64,000 nt of DNA from Anaeramoeba ignava BMAN (lineage: Eukaryota; Protista; Anaeramoebae). The notes below the pieces were generated by a model that saw only the letters and a list, made by a program, of their open reading frames with translations, made no database searches and was not told where the DNA came from. Shown one piece after another: positions 27,085 to 40,932 of this stretch. The number at the start of each line of letters is the position of its first letter. Position 1 is the first letter of the stretch. Both the position numbers and the translations under genes were made by a program. The stretch is taken from the NCBI GenBank assembly GCA_028826165.1, contig JAPDFW010000106.1, positions 1 to 64,000 of the forward strand. Direction: 5' to 3'.

Positions 27085-27752
27085 GGAAAATAATTTAAAA
27101 ATATAATTTAATATTTAATTTCATGTTTAAAATAATAATTTAATGTTTTAGATTTAAATATTTTATTATTTAAATATTTAACATATAAATATAAAAAATA
27201 AGAATAGATTTAATTTAATATTTAATTTATAAATTAATTTAAAAATATGATTTAATATTTAATTTTATTATTGAAATAATAATTTAATGTTTTAGATTTA
27301 AATATTTTATTATTTAAATATTTAACATATAAATATAAAAAATAGAAATAGGTTTAATTTAATATTCAATTTGTAAATTAATTTAAAAATATAATTTAAT
27401 ATTTAATTTTATGTTTAAAATATTAATTTAATGTTTTTATATTTAAATATTTTATTATTTTAAATATTTAACATATAAATATAAAAATGAGAATAAATTT
27501 AATTTAATATTTAATTTATAAATTAATTTAAAAATATAATTTAATATTTAATTTTATTATTAAAATAATAATTTAATGTTTTAAATTTAAATATTTTATT
27601 ATTTAAATATTTAACATATAAATATAAAAAATAGAAATAGGTTTAATTTAATATTCAATTTGTAAATTAATTTAAAAATATGATTTAATATTTAATTTTA
27701 TGTTTAAAATAATAATTTATTGTTTTAGATTTAAATATTTTATTATTTAAAA
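27085..27752. repeat. ~141-bp satellite array 2 (~4.5 units)
   Basis: Same unit as array 1. Confidence 0.9.
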
Positions 27753-27925
27753 ATATGATATTTTTTGAATTTGTGTTTTGAGTTAGTTTTGTTGATTTTT
27801 TATTCTAAAATTCTTTTAAAAATTCTTTCTCAAAATTAAATAAAAAATCTAATTGGTTTGTTATTGTGGTTTTCATTTTTTCTTTTTTAAAAAATAGAAT
27901 TAAAAAGAAATCCTTTTTTTTTTGC

Positions 27926-30900
27926 TTATTTTTCTAATCTTTCAAGTGTCCAATTTCCTTTTTCTTGAATATCTTTATTATTTGGGAAATTATTCATTGC
28001 TTTTTTAATTAATTCATTTCCATTTAATCTTTTAATTTCAATTTGATTTTCTTTTTATTTATTTTTGATTTGGATTTTAAATTAATAAAATATTTAATTA
28101 TTTAATTATTCCCAAAAAAAAAGGTTTTTAAATTAATAAAAATATTTTACCATTATTTGCAGCAATATTACTTAAAGCCCAACATCCATTTTTTTGAATA
28201 TCTTGATTATTTGGGAAATTATTCATTGATTTAATTATTGTTGATATTCCATCTTTTTTTCTAATTTCAATTTTATTTTCTTTTTATTTTGATTTGATTT
28301 GGATTTTAAATTAATAAAATATTTAATTATTTAATTATTCCAAAAAAAAGGTTTTTAAATTAATAAAAATATTTTACTATCATTCACAGAAATATTAATA
28401 AAAGCTCGACAAGAATAATTTTGGATATCTTGATTATTTGGGAAATTATTCATTGATTTAATTATTGTTGAAATTCCTTTTTTTTTTCTAATTTCAATTT
28501 TATTTTCTTTTTATTTTGATTTGGATTTTAAATTAATAAATTATTTAATTATTTCAAAAAAAAGGTTTTTAAATTGATAAAAATATTTTACCATTATTCC
28601 CTATAGCAATATTACTTAAAGCCCAACATCCTTGTTTTTGAATATCTTGATTATTTGGGAAATTATTCATTGATTTAATTATTGTTGATATTCCATCTTT
28701 TTTTCTAATTTCAATTTTATTTTCTTTTTATTTATTTTTGATTTGGATTTTAAATTAATAAAATATTTAATTATTTAATTATTCCAAAAAAAAAGGTTTT
28801 TAAATTAATAAAAATATTTTACCATCATTTGCAGCAATATTTTTTAAAGCCCAACATCCATGTTTTTGAATATCTTGATTATTTGGGAAATTATTCATTG
28901 ATTTAATTATTGTTGAAATTCCATCTTTTTTTCCAATTTCAATTTGATTTTCTTTTTATTTTGATTTGGATTTTAAATTAATTAATTATTTAATTATTTA
29001 ATTATTCCAAAAAAAAGGTTTTTAAATTGATAAAAATATTTTACCATTATTAAAAGAAAGATTATTTAAAGCCCAACATCCATGTTTTTGAATATCTTGA
29101 TTATTTGGAAAATTATTCATTAATTTAATTATTATTGATATTCCATCTTTTTTTCCAATTTCAATTTGATTTTCTTTTTATTTATTTTGATTTGGATTTT
29201 AAATTAATAAATTATTTAATTAATTATTCCCAAAAAAAAAGTTTTTAAATTGATAAAAATATTTTACTATCATTCACAGAAATATTAATAAAAGCTCGAC
29301 AAGAATAATTTTGGATATCTTCATTATTTGGGAAATTATTCATTGATTTAATTATTGTTGATATTCCATCTCGTATTCTAATTTCAATTTGATTTTCTTT
29401 TTATTTATTTTTGATTTGGATTTTAAATTAATTAATTATTTAATTATTTATTTCCAAAAAAAAGGTTTTTAAATTGATAAAATAGTTTTTACCATGATCT
29501 CCAACAGAAAAATTATGTAAAATAAAACATCCATTTTGTTGAATTTTTTCATTTAATTGAAATTCTTTCATCCATTGAATTGTTTTTTCAATATTAATCT
29601 CTTCTTCAAATTTAATTCCTTTTGTTTAGATTTAATTTTAATTTTAATTTTATATTTAGATTTAGATTTAGATTTAGATTTATATTTAGATTTATATTTA
29701 GATTTAGATTTAGATTTAGGGAATAAATTACCAGAAATTTTGCCTTCTTTTTGTTCTCGAAAATTTTGTAAATTAATTTGTATTTTTCTTTCTTCTATTT
29801 CAGGTTTATTTTCTCTTTTTGTTAATTCAATTTTATTTTGATTTAAATCATTTTCTTTTTCTTTTAATTTTTGTTGTTTTTGATTTATTTCATTTTCTTT
29901 TTTTTGTAATTTAGTTTTATTTTGATTTAAATCATTTTCTTTTTCTTCTAATTTTTGTTGTTTTTGATTTAATTCATTTTCTTTTTGTAAATTTTCATTT
30001 TTCTTTTGATTTAATTTTTGTTGTTTTTGATTTAAATGATTTTCTTTTTCTTGTATTTTTTGTTCTCTTTTTTCTAGTTCAATTTTATTTTGATTTATTT
30101 CATTTTCTTTTTGTAGATTTTCATTTTCTTTTTCTTGTATTTTTTGTTCTCTTTTTTCTAGTTCAATTTTATTTTGATTTAAATGATTTTCTTTTTGTAG
30201 ATTTTCATTTTTCTTTTGATTTAATTTTTGTTGTTTTTGATTTATTTCATTTTCTTTTTTTTGTAATTTAGTTTTATTTTGATTTATTTGATTTTCTTTT
30301 TCTTCTAATTTTTGTTGTTTTTGATTTATTTCATTTTCTTTTTGTAAATTTTCATTTTCTTTTACTTTTAATTTTTGTTGTTTTTGATTTATTTCATTTT
30401 CTTTTTTTTGTAATTGAGTTTTATTTTTATTTAAATCATTTTCTTTTTCTTCTAATGTTTGTTGTTTTTGATTTAATTTTTGTTGTTTTTGATTTAATTT
30501 GGTTTCTTTTTGTGTTAAATTTTCTGAAATTGATTTTAATTTTCCCATTTTTTCATCTAATAAATCAACAAAAAAATTAGATGGAAATAATTGAAATAAT
30601 TGTGTTTTTTCAATTTTTTGAATTTCTTCTTTTGTAATTTGTTTCTTTTCTTGAATTTTAATTAAAATTTCATAAATAGTTTTTTTAATTGAATTTGATT
30701 TTAAATTTGAATTTAATTCTGATTCTTCTTGAAAAGATTGATTAAAATTGAGTTTATTATTTTTCATCCATTCAATAATGATTTCTTGAATTAAATTTGT
30801 TTGATCTCTTCCAAAATTTGAAATTAAAAAATCAATAATATTTAAGAATTCATTTGTTTTTAATTTTGAAATTTCTTTTTTTGAAGAAGATTATTGTAAT

Positions 30901-31564
30901 TTTTAAGAACAAAATTTTGACAAATTTCTAAAAAGAAAATTTGAATAATTTCTTTTGATTTTGAAAATATTTCAAATATATTATTTTGATTAATAATTGG
31001 TTCAATTTCTTTTTCAATTTTGATTTTTAATTTTTCTAATCTAATTATATCAGCAAATTTAAAATATTTTTCGAATTCTTGATGATTAATATTGATTTCA
31101 CCTTCATAAATATATTTGATTATTGGTTCAACAATTTCAAAATCGAATTCTTTAAAATAAATTTGATTTTCTCCTTTTTCTTTTGTAAATAAATCAAAAA
31201 ATGAACTTCTTGCATTTAAAATGATTTTGTGGCATTTTATTGAGTTTTCTTTCTCATTTTCTTTTTTATTTTCTTTCTTATTTTCTTTCTTGTTTTCTTT
31301 CTTATTTTCTTTCTTATTTTCTTTCTTATTTTCTTTCTTATTTTCTTTCTTATTTTCTTTCTTATTTTCTTTCTTATTTTCTTTCTTCTTTTCTTTACAA
31401 TAAATTGTAAAATCTGTAAATTGTTTTTGAGTTTGATAAATTTTTGAAAAATTAAGTGATTGTTCTTTAAGTAAAATATTATCAATTTCTTTGATTGATA
31501 ATTTGTATAATTCTTTTAAGTTTTCTGTGTTATTGTTATTGTTATTATTATTATTGTTATTCAT
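27926..31564 (-). CDS. BTB-coiled-coil-Armadillo protein, copy B: cap exon 29618-29493, 6 internal ARM exons, terminal exon; apparent frameshifts at ~30880-30950
   Basis: Near-identical to copy A. Three 1-nt indels relative to A, two of them in homopolymer runs. ARM exons end at about 29268, 29045, 28823, 28592, 28378 and 28151. Confidence 0.85.
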
Positions 31565-31632
31565 TTTGTATTTTTCTTTTTAAAAGAAAAATGAAAAAAG
31601 AAAATTAGAAAAAGGAAAATAAAAAGAAAAAA

Positions 31633-33310
31633 AATAATTTAAAATATAATTTAATATTTAATTTTATGTTTTAAAATAATAATTTAATGTTTTTAGATTT
31701 TAAATATTTTATTATTTAAATATTTAACATATAAATATAAAAATAAGAATAGATTTAATTTAATATTTAATTTATAAATTAATTTAAAAATATGATTTAA
31801 TATTTAATTTTATTATTGAAATAATAATTTATTGTTTTAGATTTAAATATTTTATTATTTAAAATATTTAACATATAAATATAAAAATAAAAATAGATTT
31901 AATTTAATATTTAATTTATAAATTAATTTAAAAAAATATAATTTAATATTTAATTTTATGTTTAAAATAATAATTTAATGTTTTAGATTTAAATATTTTA
32001 TTATTTAATTATTTAACATATAAATATAAAAATAAAAATAGATTTAATTTAATATTTAATTTATAAATTAATTTAAAAATATAATTTAATATTTAATTTT
32101 ATTATTAAAATAATAATTTATTGTTTTAGATTTAAATATTTTCTTATTTAAATATTTAACATATAAATATAAAAATGAAAATAGATTTAATTTAATATTT
32201 AATTTATAAAATAATTTAAAAATATAATTTAATATTTTAATTTTGTTATTAAAATAATAATTTAATGTTTTAGATTTAAATATTTTATTATTTAAATATT
32301 TGACATAAAAATATAAAAATGAAAATAGATTTAATTTAATATTTAATTTATAAATTAATTTAAAAATATGATTTAATATTTAATTTTATTATTGAAATAA
32401 TAATTTAATGTTTTAGATTTAAATATTTTATTATTTAAATATTTAACATATAAATATAAAAATGGGAATAGGTTTAATTTAATATTTAATTTATAAATTA
32501 ATTTAAAAATATAATTTAATATTTAATTTTATGTTTAAAATAATAATTTATTGTTTTAGATTTAAATATTTTCTTATTTAAATATTTAACATATAAATAT
32601 AAAAAAATGAGAATAGATTTAATTTAATATTTAATTTATAAATTAATTTAAAAATATAATTTAATATTTAATTTTATTATTAAAATAATAATTTATTGTT
32701 TTTAGATTTAAATATTTTCTTATTTAAATATTTAACATATAAATATAAAAATGAGAATAGATTTAATTTAATATTTAATTTATAAATTAATTTAAAAATA
32801 TAATTTAATATTTAATTTTGTTATTAAAATAATAATTTAATGTTTTTTAAATTTTAATATTTTCTTATTTAAATATTAAACATATAAATATAAAAAATGA
32901 GAATAGATTTAATTTAATATTTAATTAATAAATTAATTTAAAAATATGATTTAATATTTATTTTTATGTTTTAAAATAATAATTTATTGTTTTAGATTTT
33001 AAATATTTTATTATTTAAAAATTTAACATATAAATATAAAAATGGGAATAGATTTAATTTAATATTTAATTTATAAATTAATTTAAAAATATAATTTAAT
33101 ATTTAATTTTATGTTTAAAATATTAATTTATTGTTTTTAAATTTAAATATTTTATTATTTAAATATTTAACATATAAATATAAAAAATGAAAATATATTT
33201 AATTTAATATTTAATTTATAAATTAATTTAGAAATATAATTTAATATTTAATTTTATTATTAAAATAATAATTTATTGTTTTAGATTTAAATATTTTATT
33301 ATTTAAAAAT
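31633..33310. repeat. ~141-bp satellite array 3 (~12 units)
   Basis: Same unit as array 1. Confidence 0.9.
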
Positions 33311-33481
33311 ATGATGTTTTTTGAATTTGTGTTTTGAGTTAGTTTTGTTGATTTTTTATTCTAAAATTCTTTTAAAAATTCTTTCTTAAAATTGAATAAA
33401 AAATTTAATTATTTTGTTATTGTGGTTTTCATTTTTTCTTTTTTAAAAAATAGAATTAAAAAGAAATCCTTTTTTTTTTGC

Positions 33482-36302
33482 TTATTTTTCTAATCTCTTA
33501 AGTGTCCAATTTCCATTTTTTTGAATATCTTTATTATTTGGGAAATTATTCATTGCTTTTTTAGTTAATTCATTTCCATTTAATCTTTTAATTTCAATTT
33601 CATTTTCTTTTTATTTTTGATTTGAATTTTAAATTAATTAATTATTTATTTAATTATTTCAAAAAAAAGGTTTTTAAATTAATAAAAATATTTTACCTTT
33701 ATTATTAAAAGAAATATTTCTTAAAGCCCAAATTCCTTTATATTGAATATCTTGGTTATTTGGGAAATTATTCATTGATTTAATTATTGTTGATATTCCT
33801 TCTTTTTTTCTAATTTCAATTTTATTTTCTTTTTATTTATTTTTGATTTGGATTTTTAATTAATAAATTATTTATTTAATTAATTAAAAAAAAAGGTTTT
33901 TAAATTGATAAAATTATTTTACCATTATTCCCTATAGCAATATTACTTAAAGCCCAAATTCCATGTTTTTGAATATCTTGATTATTTGGGAAATTATTCA
34001 TTGATTTAATTATTGTTGAAATTCCATCTTTTTTTCCAATTTCAATTTGATTTTCTTTTTATTTATTTTTGATTTGGATTTTAAATTAATAAATTATTTA
34101 TTTATTTATTTATTTCAAAAAAAAGGTTTTTAAATTGATAAAATAGTTTTTACCATCACTATTTGCAGAAATATTAATAAAAGCTTGACAAGAATAGTTT
34201 TGAATATCTTGATTATTTGGGAAATTATTCATTGATTTAATTATTGTTGAAATTCCTTCTTTTTTTCTAATTTCAATTTCTTTTTATTTATTTTGATTTG
34301 GATTTTAAATCAATAAATTATTTAATTATTTAAAAAAAAAGGTTTTTAAATTGATAAAATAGTTTTTACCATGATCTCCAACAGAAAAATTATGTAAAAT
34401 AAAACATCCATTTTGTTGAATTTTTTCATTTAATTGAAATTCTTTCATCCATTGAATTGTTTTTTCAATATTAATCTCTTCTTCAACTTTAATTCCTTTT
34501 GTTTAGATTTAATTTTAATTTTAGATTTAATTTTAATTTTGATTTAGGAAATAAATTACCAGAAATTTTGCCTTCTTTTTGTTCTCGAAAATTTTGTAAA
34601 TTAATTTGTATTTTTCTTTCTTCTTTGATTCTAACTTTGTTTTCTCTTTTTGCTAATTCAATTTTACTTTGATTTAAATCATTTTCTTTTTGTAAATTTT
34701 CATTTTTCTTTTGATTTAATTTTTGTTTTTTTTGATTTAAATCATTTTCTTTTTCTTGTATTTTTTGTTCTCTTTTTTGTAATTGAGTTTTATTTTGATT
34801 TAAATCATTTTCTTTTTTTTGTAATTGAGTTTTATTTTGATTTACTTGATTTTCTTTTTCTTCTAATTTTTGTTGTTTTTTATTTAATTTTTGTTGTTTT
34901 TTATCTAATTTTTGTTGTTTTTGATTTATTTCATTTTGATTTTCTTCTAATTTTTGTTGTTTTTGATTCAAATGATTTTCTTTTTGTAAATTTTCATTTT
35001 CTTTTTCATTTACTTTTTGTTGTTTTTGATTTATTTCATTTTCTTTTTTTTGTAATTGAGTTTTATTTTGATTTAAATCATTTTCTTTTTCTTCTAATTT
35101 TTGTTGTTTTTGATTCAAATGATTTTCTTTTTCTTGTATTTTTTGTTCTCTTTTTTCTAGTTGAGTTTTATTTTGATTTAAATCATGTTCTCTTTTTTGT
35201 AATTGAGTTTTATTTTGATTTACTTGATTTTCTTTTTCTTCCAATGTTTGTTGTTTTTGATTTAATTTTTGTTGTTTTTGATTTAATTTGGTTTCTTTTT
35301 GTGTTAAATTTTCTGAAATTGATTTTAATTTTCCCATTTTTTCATCTAATAAATCAACAAAAAAATTAGATGGAAATAATTGAAATAATTGTGTTTTTTC
35401 AATTTTTTGAATTTCTTCTTTTGTCATTTGTTTCTTTTCTTGAATTTTAATTAAAATTTCATAAATAGTTTTTTTAATTGAATTTGAATTTGATTTTAAA
35501 TTTGAATTTAATTCTAATTCTTCTTGAAAAGATTGATTAAAATTGATTTTATTATTTTTCATCCATTCAATAATTATTTCTTGAATTAAATTTGTTTGAT
35601 CTCTTCCAAAATTTGAAATTAAAAAATCAATAATATTTAAGAATTCATTTGTTTTTAATTTTGAAATTTCTTTTTTTTGAAGAAGATTATTGTAATTTTT
35701 AAGAATAAAATTTTGACAAATTTCTAAAAGAAAATTTGAATGAATTTCTTTTGATTTTGAAAATATTTCAAATATATTATTTTGATTAATAATTGGTTCA
35801 ATTTCTTTTTCAATTTTGATTTTTAATTTTTCTAATCTAATTATATCAGCAAATTTAAAATATTTTTCGAATTCTTGATGATTAATATTGATTTCACCTT
35901 CATAAATATATTTGATTATTGGTTCAACAATTTCAAAATCGAATTCTTTAAAATAAATTTGATTTTCTCCTTTTTCTTTTGTAAATAAATCAAAAAATGA
36001 ACTTCTTGCATTTAAAATGATTTTGTGGCATTTTATTGAGTTTTCTTTCTTGTTTTCTTTCTTATTTTCTTTCTTATTTTCTTTCTCATTTTCTTTCTTA
36101 TTTTCTTTCTTATTTTTCTTTTCTTCTTTTCTTTACAATAAATTGTAAAATCTGTAAATTGTTTTTGAGTTTGATAAATTTTTGAAAAATTAAGTGATTG
36201 TTCTTTAAGTAAAATATTATCAATTTCTTTGATTGATAATTTGTATAATTCTTTTAAGTTTTCTGTGTTATTGTTATTGTTATTATTATTATTATTATTC
36301 AT
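33482..36302 (-). CDS. BTB-coiled-coil-Armadillo protein, copy C: cap exon 34495-34370, 3 internal ARM exons, terminal exon; apparent 1-nt frameshift at ~36115
   Basis: Near-identical to copies A and B. Extra T in a homopolymer of the KKEN repeat. ARM exons end at about 34154, 33923 and 33697. Stop 33482-33484. Confidence 0.85.
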
Positions 36303-36388
36303 TTTGTAATTTTCTTTTTTTTTTATAAAGAAAAAAAATGAAAAAAAAAAGGAAAATTAGAAAAAAAGGAAAAATAAAGAAAAAAAAA

Positions 36389-36622
36389 GGAAAATAATTT
36401 AAAAATATAGTTTAATATTTAATTTTATTATTAAAATAATAATTTAATGTTTTAGATTTAAATATTTTATTATTTAAATATTTAACATATAAATATAAAA
36501 AATGAGAATAGATTTAATTTAATATTTAATTTATAAATTAATTTAAAAATATAATTTAATATTTAATTTTATGTTTAAAATAATAATTTAATGTTTTAGA
36601 TTTAAATATTTTATTATTTTAA
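36389..36622. repeat. ~141-bp satellite array 4 (~1.5 units)
   Basis: Same unit as array 1. Confidence 0.85.
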
Positions 36623-38099
36623 AAATATTTTGAAAATTGATTTTTGAAATTAAAATTTTATCTTTTTGAATTAAATTGAATTAATATTAATTTAGAAATT
36701 TGTTTTAAAATTTAAATTTATTTAATAATTTTTAAATTCAAAAATTAAATTAAAAATTAAATTAAAATAATTTTCCTTTTTAATAAAAATTAATAAAAAA
36801 AAATAATAATTTATTAATAAATTAATTTAAAAAATAATAAATTAAAAAGAAAATTAAATTAATTATTAATTTAAATTTATTCTTATTTTTATATTTTTAT
36901 TTATTTTTCAAATTCCACTTTTTATTTATTTTTTTATTTAAATTTTTTTTTTCATTTTTTTCCTTTTTTTTTAAAACACAAAAAACAAAAAACACAAAAA
37001 CAAACAAAAAACAAAAAAACAAAATGGATAATAATAATAATAATAACCAAATTGAAATTGAAAATGCAAATCAAAATGAAAATGAAACGAAAAATTTAGA
37101 AAAAAAAGTAACAAAAAATTTAATTAAAAATTATTCAAACCTTTTAAATGGAAATTCATTTAAAGATTTTTCAATTTTTGTTGAGAATAAATCAAATCCT
37201 TTTGAAATTAAAGTTCATAAATCAATTTTATCTTCAAGATCTCCTTTTTTTAATGAGTTTTTAAGGCAAGAATCTCATTCTATTTTTTTAAAACAATTTA
37301 ATAAAAAAGAAATGGAATCAATTTTGAGTTATATTTATTATGGAAATATTTCTTTTGAGAATCAAGAAAATCTTTTTAAATTATTGGAAATTTCAATTTA
37401 TTTTAAATTAAAGCCTTCCCCGCAAGCAAAAATATTTTCTTTTACTTACACTTACAAAAAATTAAGTGTAATCATTCTCAAAAAATTGAGAAAAATGATT
37501 AATAAAAGCAAATATATCTAACTTTCGAAGCTTATCAGGTGATTTTTTTTTCAAAATATCCATTTTAGGAAATGATATACCCAAGCTGCTGCATATAAAT
37601 AATTAGAAGATTAGATTTAAATTTAATTTTCATGCTCAAGAATGAAAAAAATTATTAAAATTTTATTGAAATCAATAATTTCTATTGTTGCAGAACTTTC
37701 AGAATCTGGTCCTATTTTTTTCAACATGCTTAATTTATAGATTATTTTATATTCTTATTTAGGTTCAAATAAATTCAAAAACTTTCGTGTTTTATAGAAA
37801 TAAGATGCTTATTTGTTGATCAAAAATTGGCATTTTTCAAATTTTATATCAACTCATTGATCATTTATTTTGTCGATTTCAACCATTAATCTTCTTTTTA
37901 TTTTTATTTTTATTTGTTTTTCTCTTACTTTTTCTTATTTGTTGACAAACACTATTTAAATAAAAATATTTTATAAAAAAAAAATAACAAGATCACAAAA
38001 CATTTTTCTTTTGACATTTTTAAAATTTTTCTTTTTCTATTTTCTTATTCTGTTTTTATCTTTTTATTTTTCAAATCTTTGTTTTAATTCGTTTTTTAC

Positions 38100-40830
38100 A
38101 TGAAAGCAATAACTTGTTATATTTGTGGGAAAAAAAAAATCCCTAAAGCCCAAGTTCCATCCAAAAATGAATTATTTTTGAAATTAGAATCTACTCAAGA
38201 AGAAAAAGTAATAAAAAATATGTAATCGGTGCTATAGAGATAATTTAAAAATGGTATATTTTACTTATTTTTTTTCTTTTTAATTTTTCTCATTCCATCT
38301 TTTTCAGAAAAATTTATTCAGGAAAAACAAGGATATCAAAGAAGAAAAATAGCTGCCTCAAACAAGAATTAGATTATTTAAAAGAGTTGGTTCAACAACA
38401 AAAAGAAATCAATCACCAATTCTCAATTTATAAAGAAAAGTCAAAAACAATTGAAAACAACTCTCTCTTGGGTGAATATCCTCAATGAAAAATGTGACAG
38501 CATCGCTAGAACTGAAATGGAACTTAGAGAAAATCTGTGTGAAGTTCAAAAGGAAAAAGAAAAATTTGAAGAATCAACAAATCACAATCCACTCACATTT
38601 GATGTATCAACTTACAAAAAGAAAATCAAGATTTAAAAACACAAGTGGAAAAATCAGATTAAAACGGGAATTTGAGGAGATAGTGTATATTATTGGAAAA
38701 TTACTAAACCGAAAAGAAAGGAAAAAAGAAGGAGGAAGAACAAATGAAAAGAGATTCACTCAAAAATCTCTCTCAAAAATCAAACCCTCACTTGATGGTG
38801 AAAATGAAAACAATCAAAATGAAAACAATCAAAATGAAAAGGGAAAAGGAAAGGAAAAACAAAAATTGAATCTAAATCAATTAAAAATTCAGAAAAACTA
38901 TATGAAAACGATCATAAAATGAGATCTGCATTTAATATTGGGACAAAATTGTAGGAATCAGTATTTTCAAAATTTTATAGATTCCTCAACTTATTTGAAA
39001 TCAAGACACAAGATGGGTTTTGCAAGATTATTGCGATGAAGTTAAAATCAAATTAGCTCCAATAGTTAATAGTGTATGGCAGAATCAATTCTAGATTTAT
39101 CTGCAGAGGAAGTAGAACAATCTACTGATCCTTCTTCAACACAAACCATGGAACATATGAGAAAAATCACTTTATATCTGATAAAGATATTGATAAAATT
39201 ACTAACTCCTCAAGAAAATTATTTATTAATAAAAGAATTGACAAATTCATCTTCCCTTCTAGACCTCAAAGAAAAATATATCAATTAGTCATAAGTAAAT
39301 GAAAAAAAAAATTCAATCGAAAGAAAAGATCAGAACAAGAATAATTCAAATCAACAGATAGAGAATGAATCTCAACCAGAAATCGATTCCACTAAAAATA
39401 GATTCGATTTTTCTCATGATGTAGCATATTCACATCGGAATAACCGAGCTGCAGATGCATGCGCAATTTTTATTGAAGCGAACACAAAATTTAACAGAAT
39501 TATACATTACCAAAGAATGAGCTCAACTTCAACCATCCATCCACAAAGTTTAGAGGGATTTTTGATTCCCAAAGGAATACAAAAAGCTTTCGGAGAAATA
39601 CAATATCCTTGCCACGGTCCATGACCAGAATACCTCATCTAAAAGTTAAACAGTGTTTCCCGAATATCATGCATTTACTAGATCCCTGGCACGTAACTAG
39701 ATCAATTCGAAGAAGATACAACAAACTTGTTAACAAATTCTGTGGATCAAATAAAAAGAAACGCTCAAAAAGAAGAAAGCGAGAAAATGCGAAAAAGAAC
39801 ATTTGATGTCATGGAAAGAATCTATAATTTTTCCATTTTCTAAGATGTGTGCAAAAATCTTGCCAAGGCGATATGACGACTTTATTATCTGAATGGTTTA
39901 GATATTTTCTCCACGCTAAAAGGCGATCATTCCCCTTTGCCCAAAAATAGTCCATGCACAAAAAATGAAAATTCAAACGAAAAATAAACATCCTGAAGAT
40001 AAAAATTACAAACAAAGAGGAGGAAGCATTCTTCAAAATGATACTTTCTGATTTCACCATTATTAAAAATTAATTTTTGTAGATATTTTTATCCACAAGC
40101 TACAACGAATCCTTTTTCAGCACTTTTAAACGGTTATCATGAAAAATAAGTCATTTTAAAAATTATAATCTTCTTTATCAACTTGCCATCATTGATTGGA
40201 ACCAAAATAGGGAAAAAGAAAATGAAAAGGAAATAAATTTAGGAAACCAAGAAACGAAATTGAATTCAATGAAAAATGCATTACAAGAAAATCAAAAAGA
40301 AAAAGATATGGAATGGCAAAAAGAATTACTTCATCTCTCTTTTACCAGGTATCTTTCAAAAAGTACATCTTATTTGAAGAATTTAACTCTCTCAAGAATC
40401 AAAAAAAAGAAAAGAAATAGCTCAGAAGAAATTGTCCCTCCTCAAAAAGAAAAAAAAAGAAGTAGAAAGTCACCAAAAAGAAGCAAGTTTAAAAACAAAA
40501 ACTTGATCTCAACATTTTTATTAAGTAAGATTCAACCCAATTTGTTTGATTTTGAAAACTATTCCTTGCTTCCTACATTTCAAATCCATTTCAAAGATGC
40601 TTTGGAGATGTTAAATCAAAAAGAAACTCATAAACAAACTCAAAAGGAAACAGAGAACTCATGTCCCAATATACATGATTTGCACATTTTTCCAATCAAA
40701 ATCCTTCATTGTTATCAAGAAAAAGTAAAATCGATAATAAAAATGACGTTCCCATTCAAACAAAAACAAACAATCATAATGCTATCCAAAATATTCAACT
40801 TCCAAAACCAGAGAAATTCAACTCCTTGAG
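38100..40830 (+). pseudogene. Fragmented DDE transposase (Kolobok-like)
   Basis: N-terminal CYICG..CNRCY. Catalytic-region motifs across shifting frames: FSHDVAYSHR (~39410), ATVHDQN (~39615), HLLDPWHV (~39675), STSYNESF (~40095), LAIIDWNQN (~40185). Many frameshifts. Confidence 0.7.
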
Positions 40831-40932
40831 GAAGATTATATACACAACAAAAGAGAAGAAATAAAGAGATTTCTGAATGATTTAATTGATAACCCCATTA
40901 ATCTGTATCTTCCAAAGTGGGATACAAGGATC

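Noticed and set aside
24098-34500. Diversity-generating retroelement as the source of cassette variation
   Set aside because: No reverse transcriptase or template repeat in the window; variants are shared multi-base alleles rather than independent adenine-only changes.
34650-35369. Hydrophobic + strand ORFs here and at 62842-63450
   Set aside because: Antisense shadows of the K/Q/E/N coiled-coil repeats.
30860-36120. Programmed frameshifting or pseudogenisation of copies B and C (and RNF213-like at ~5565)
   Set aside because: Indels fall mostly in homopolymer runs and the rest of each gene is intact; long-read consensus error is more parsimonious, though reads are needed to be sure.
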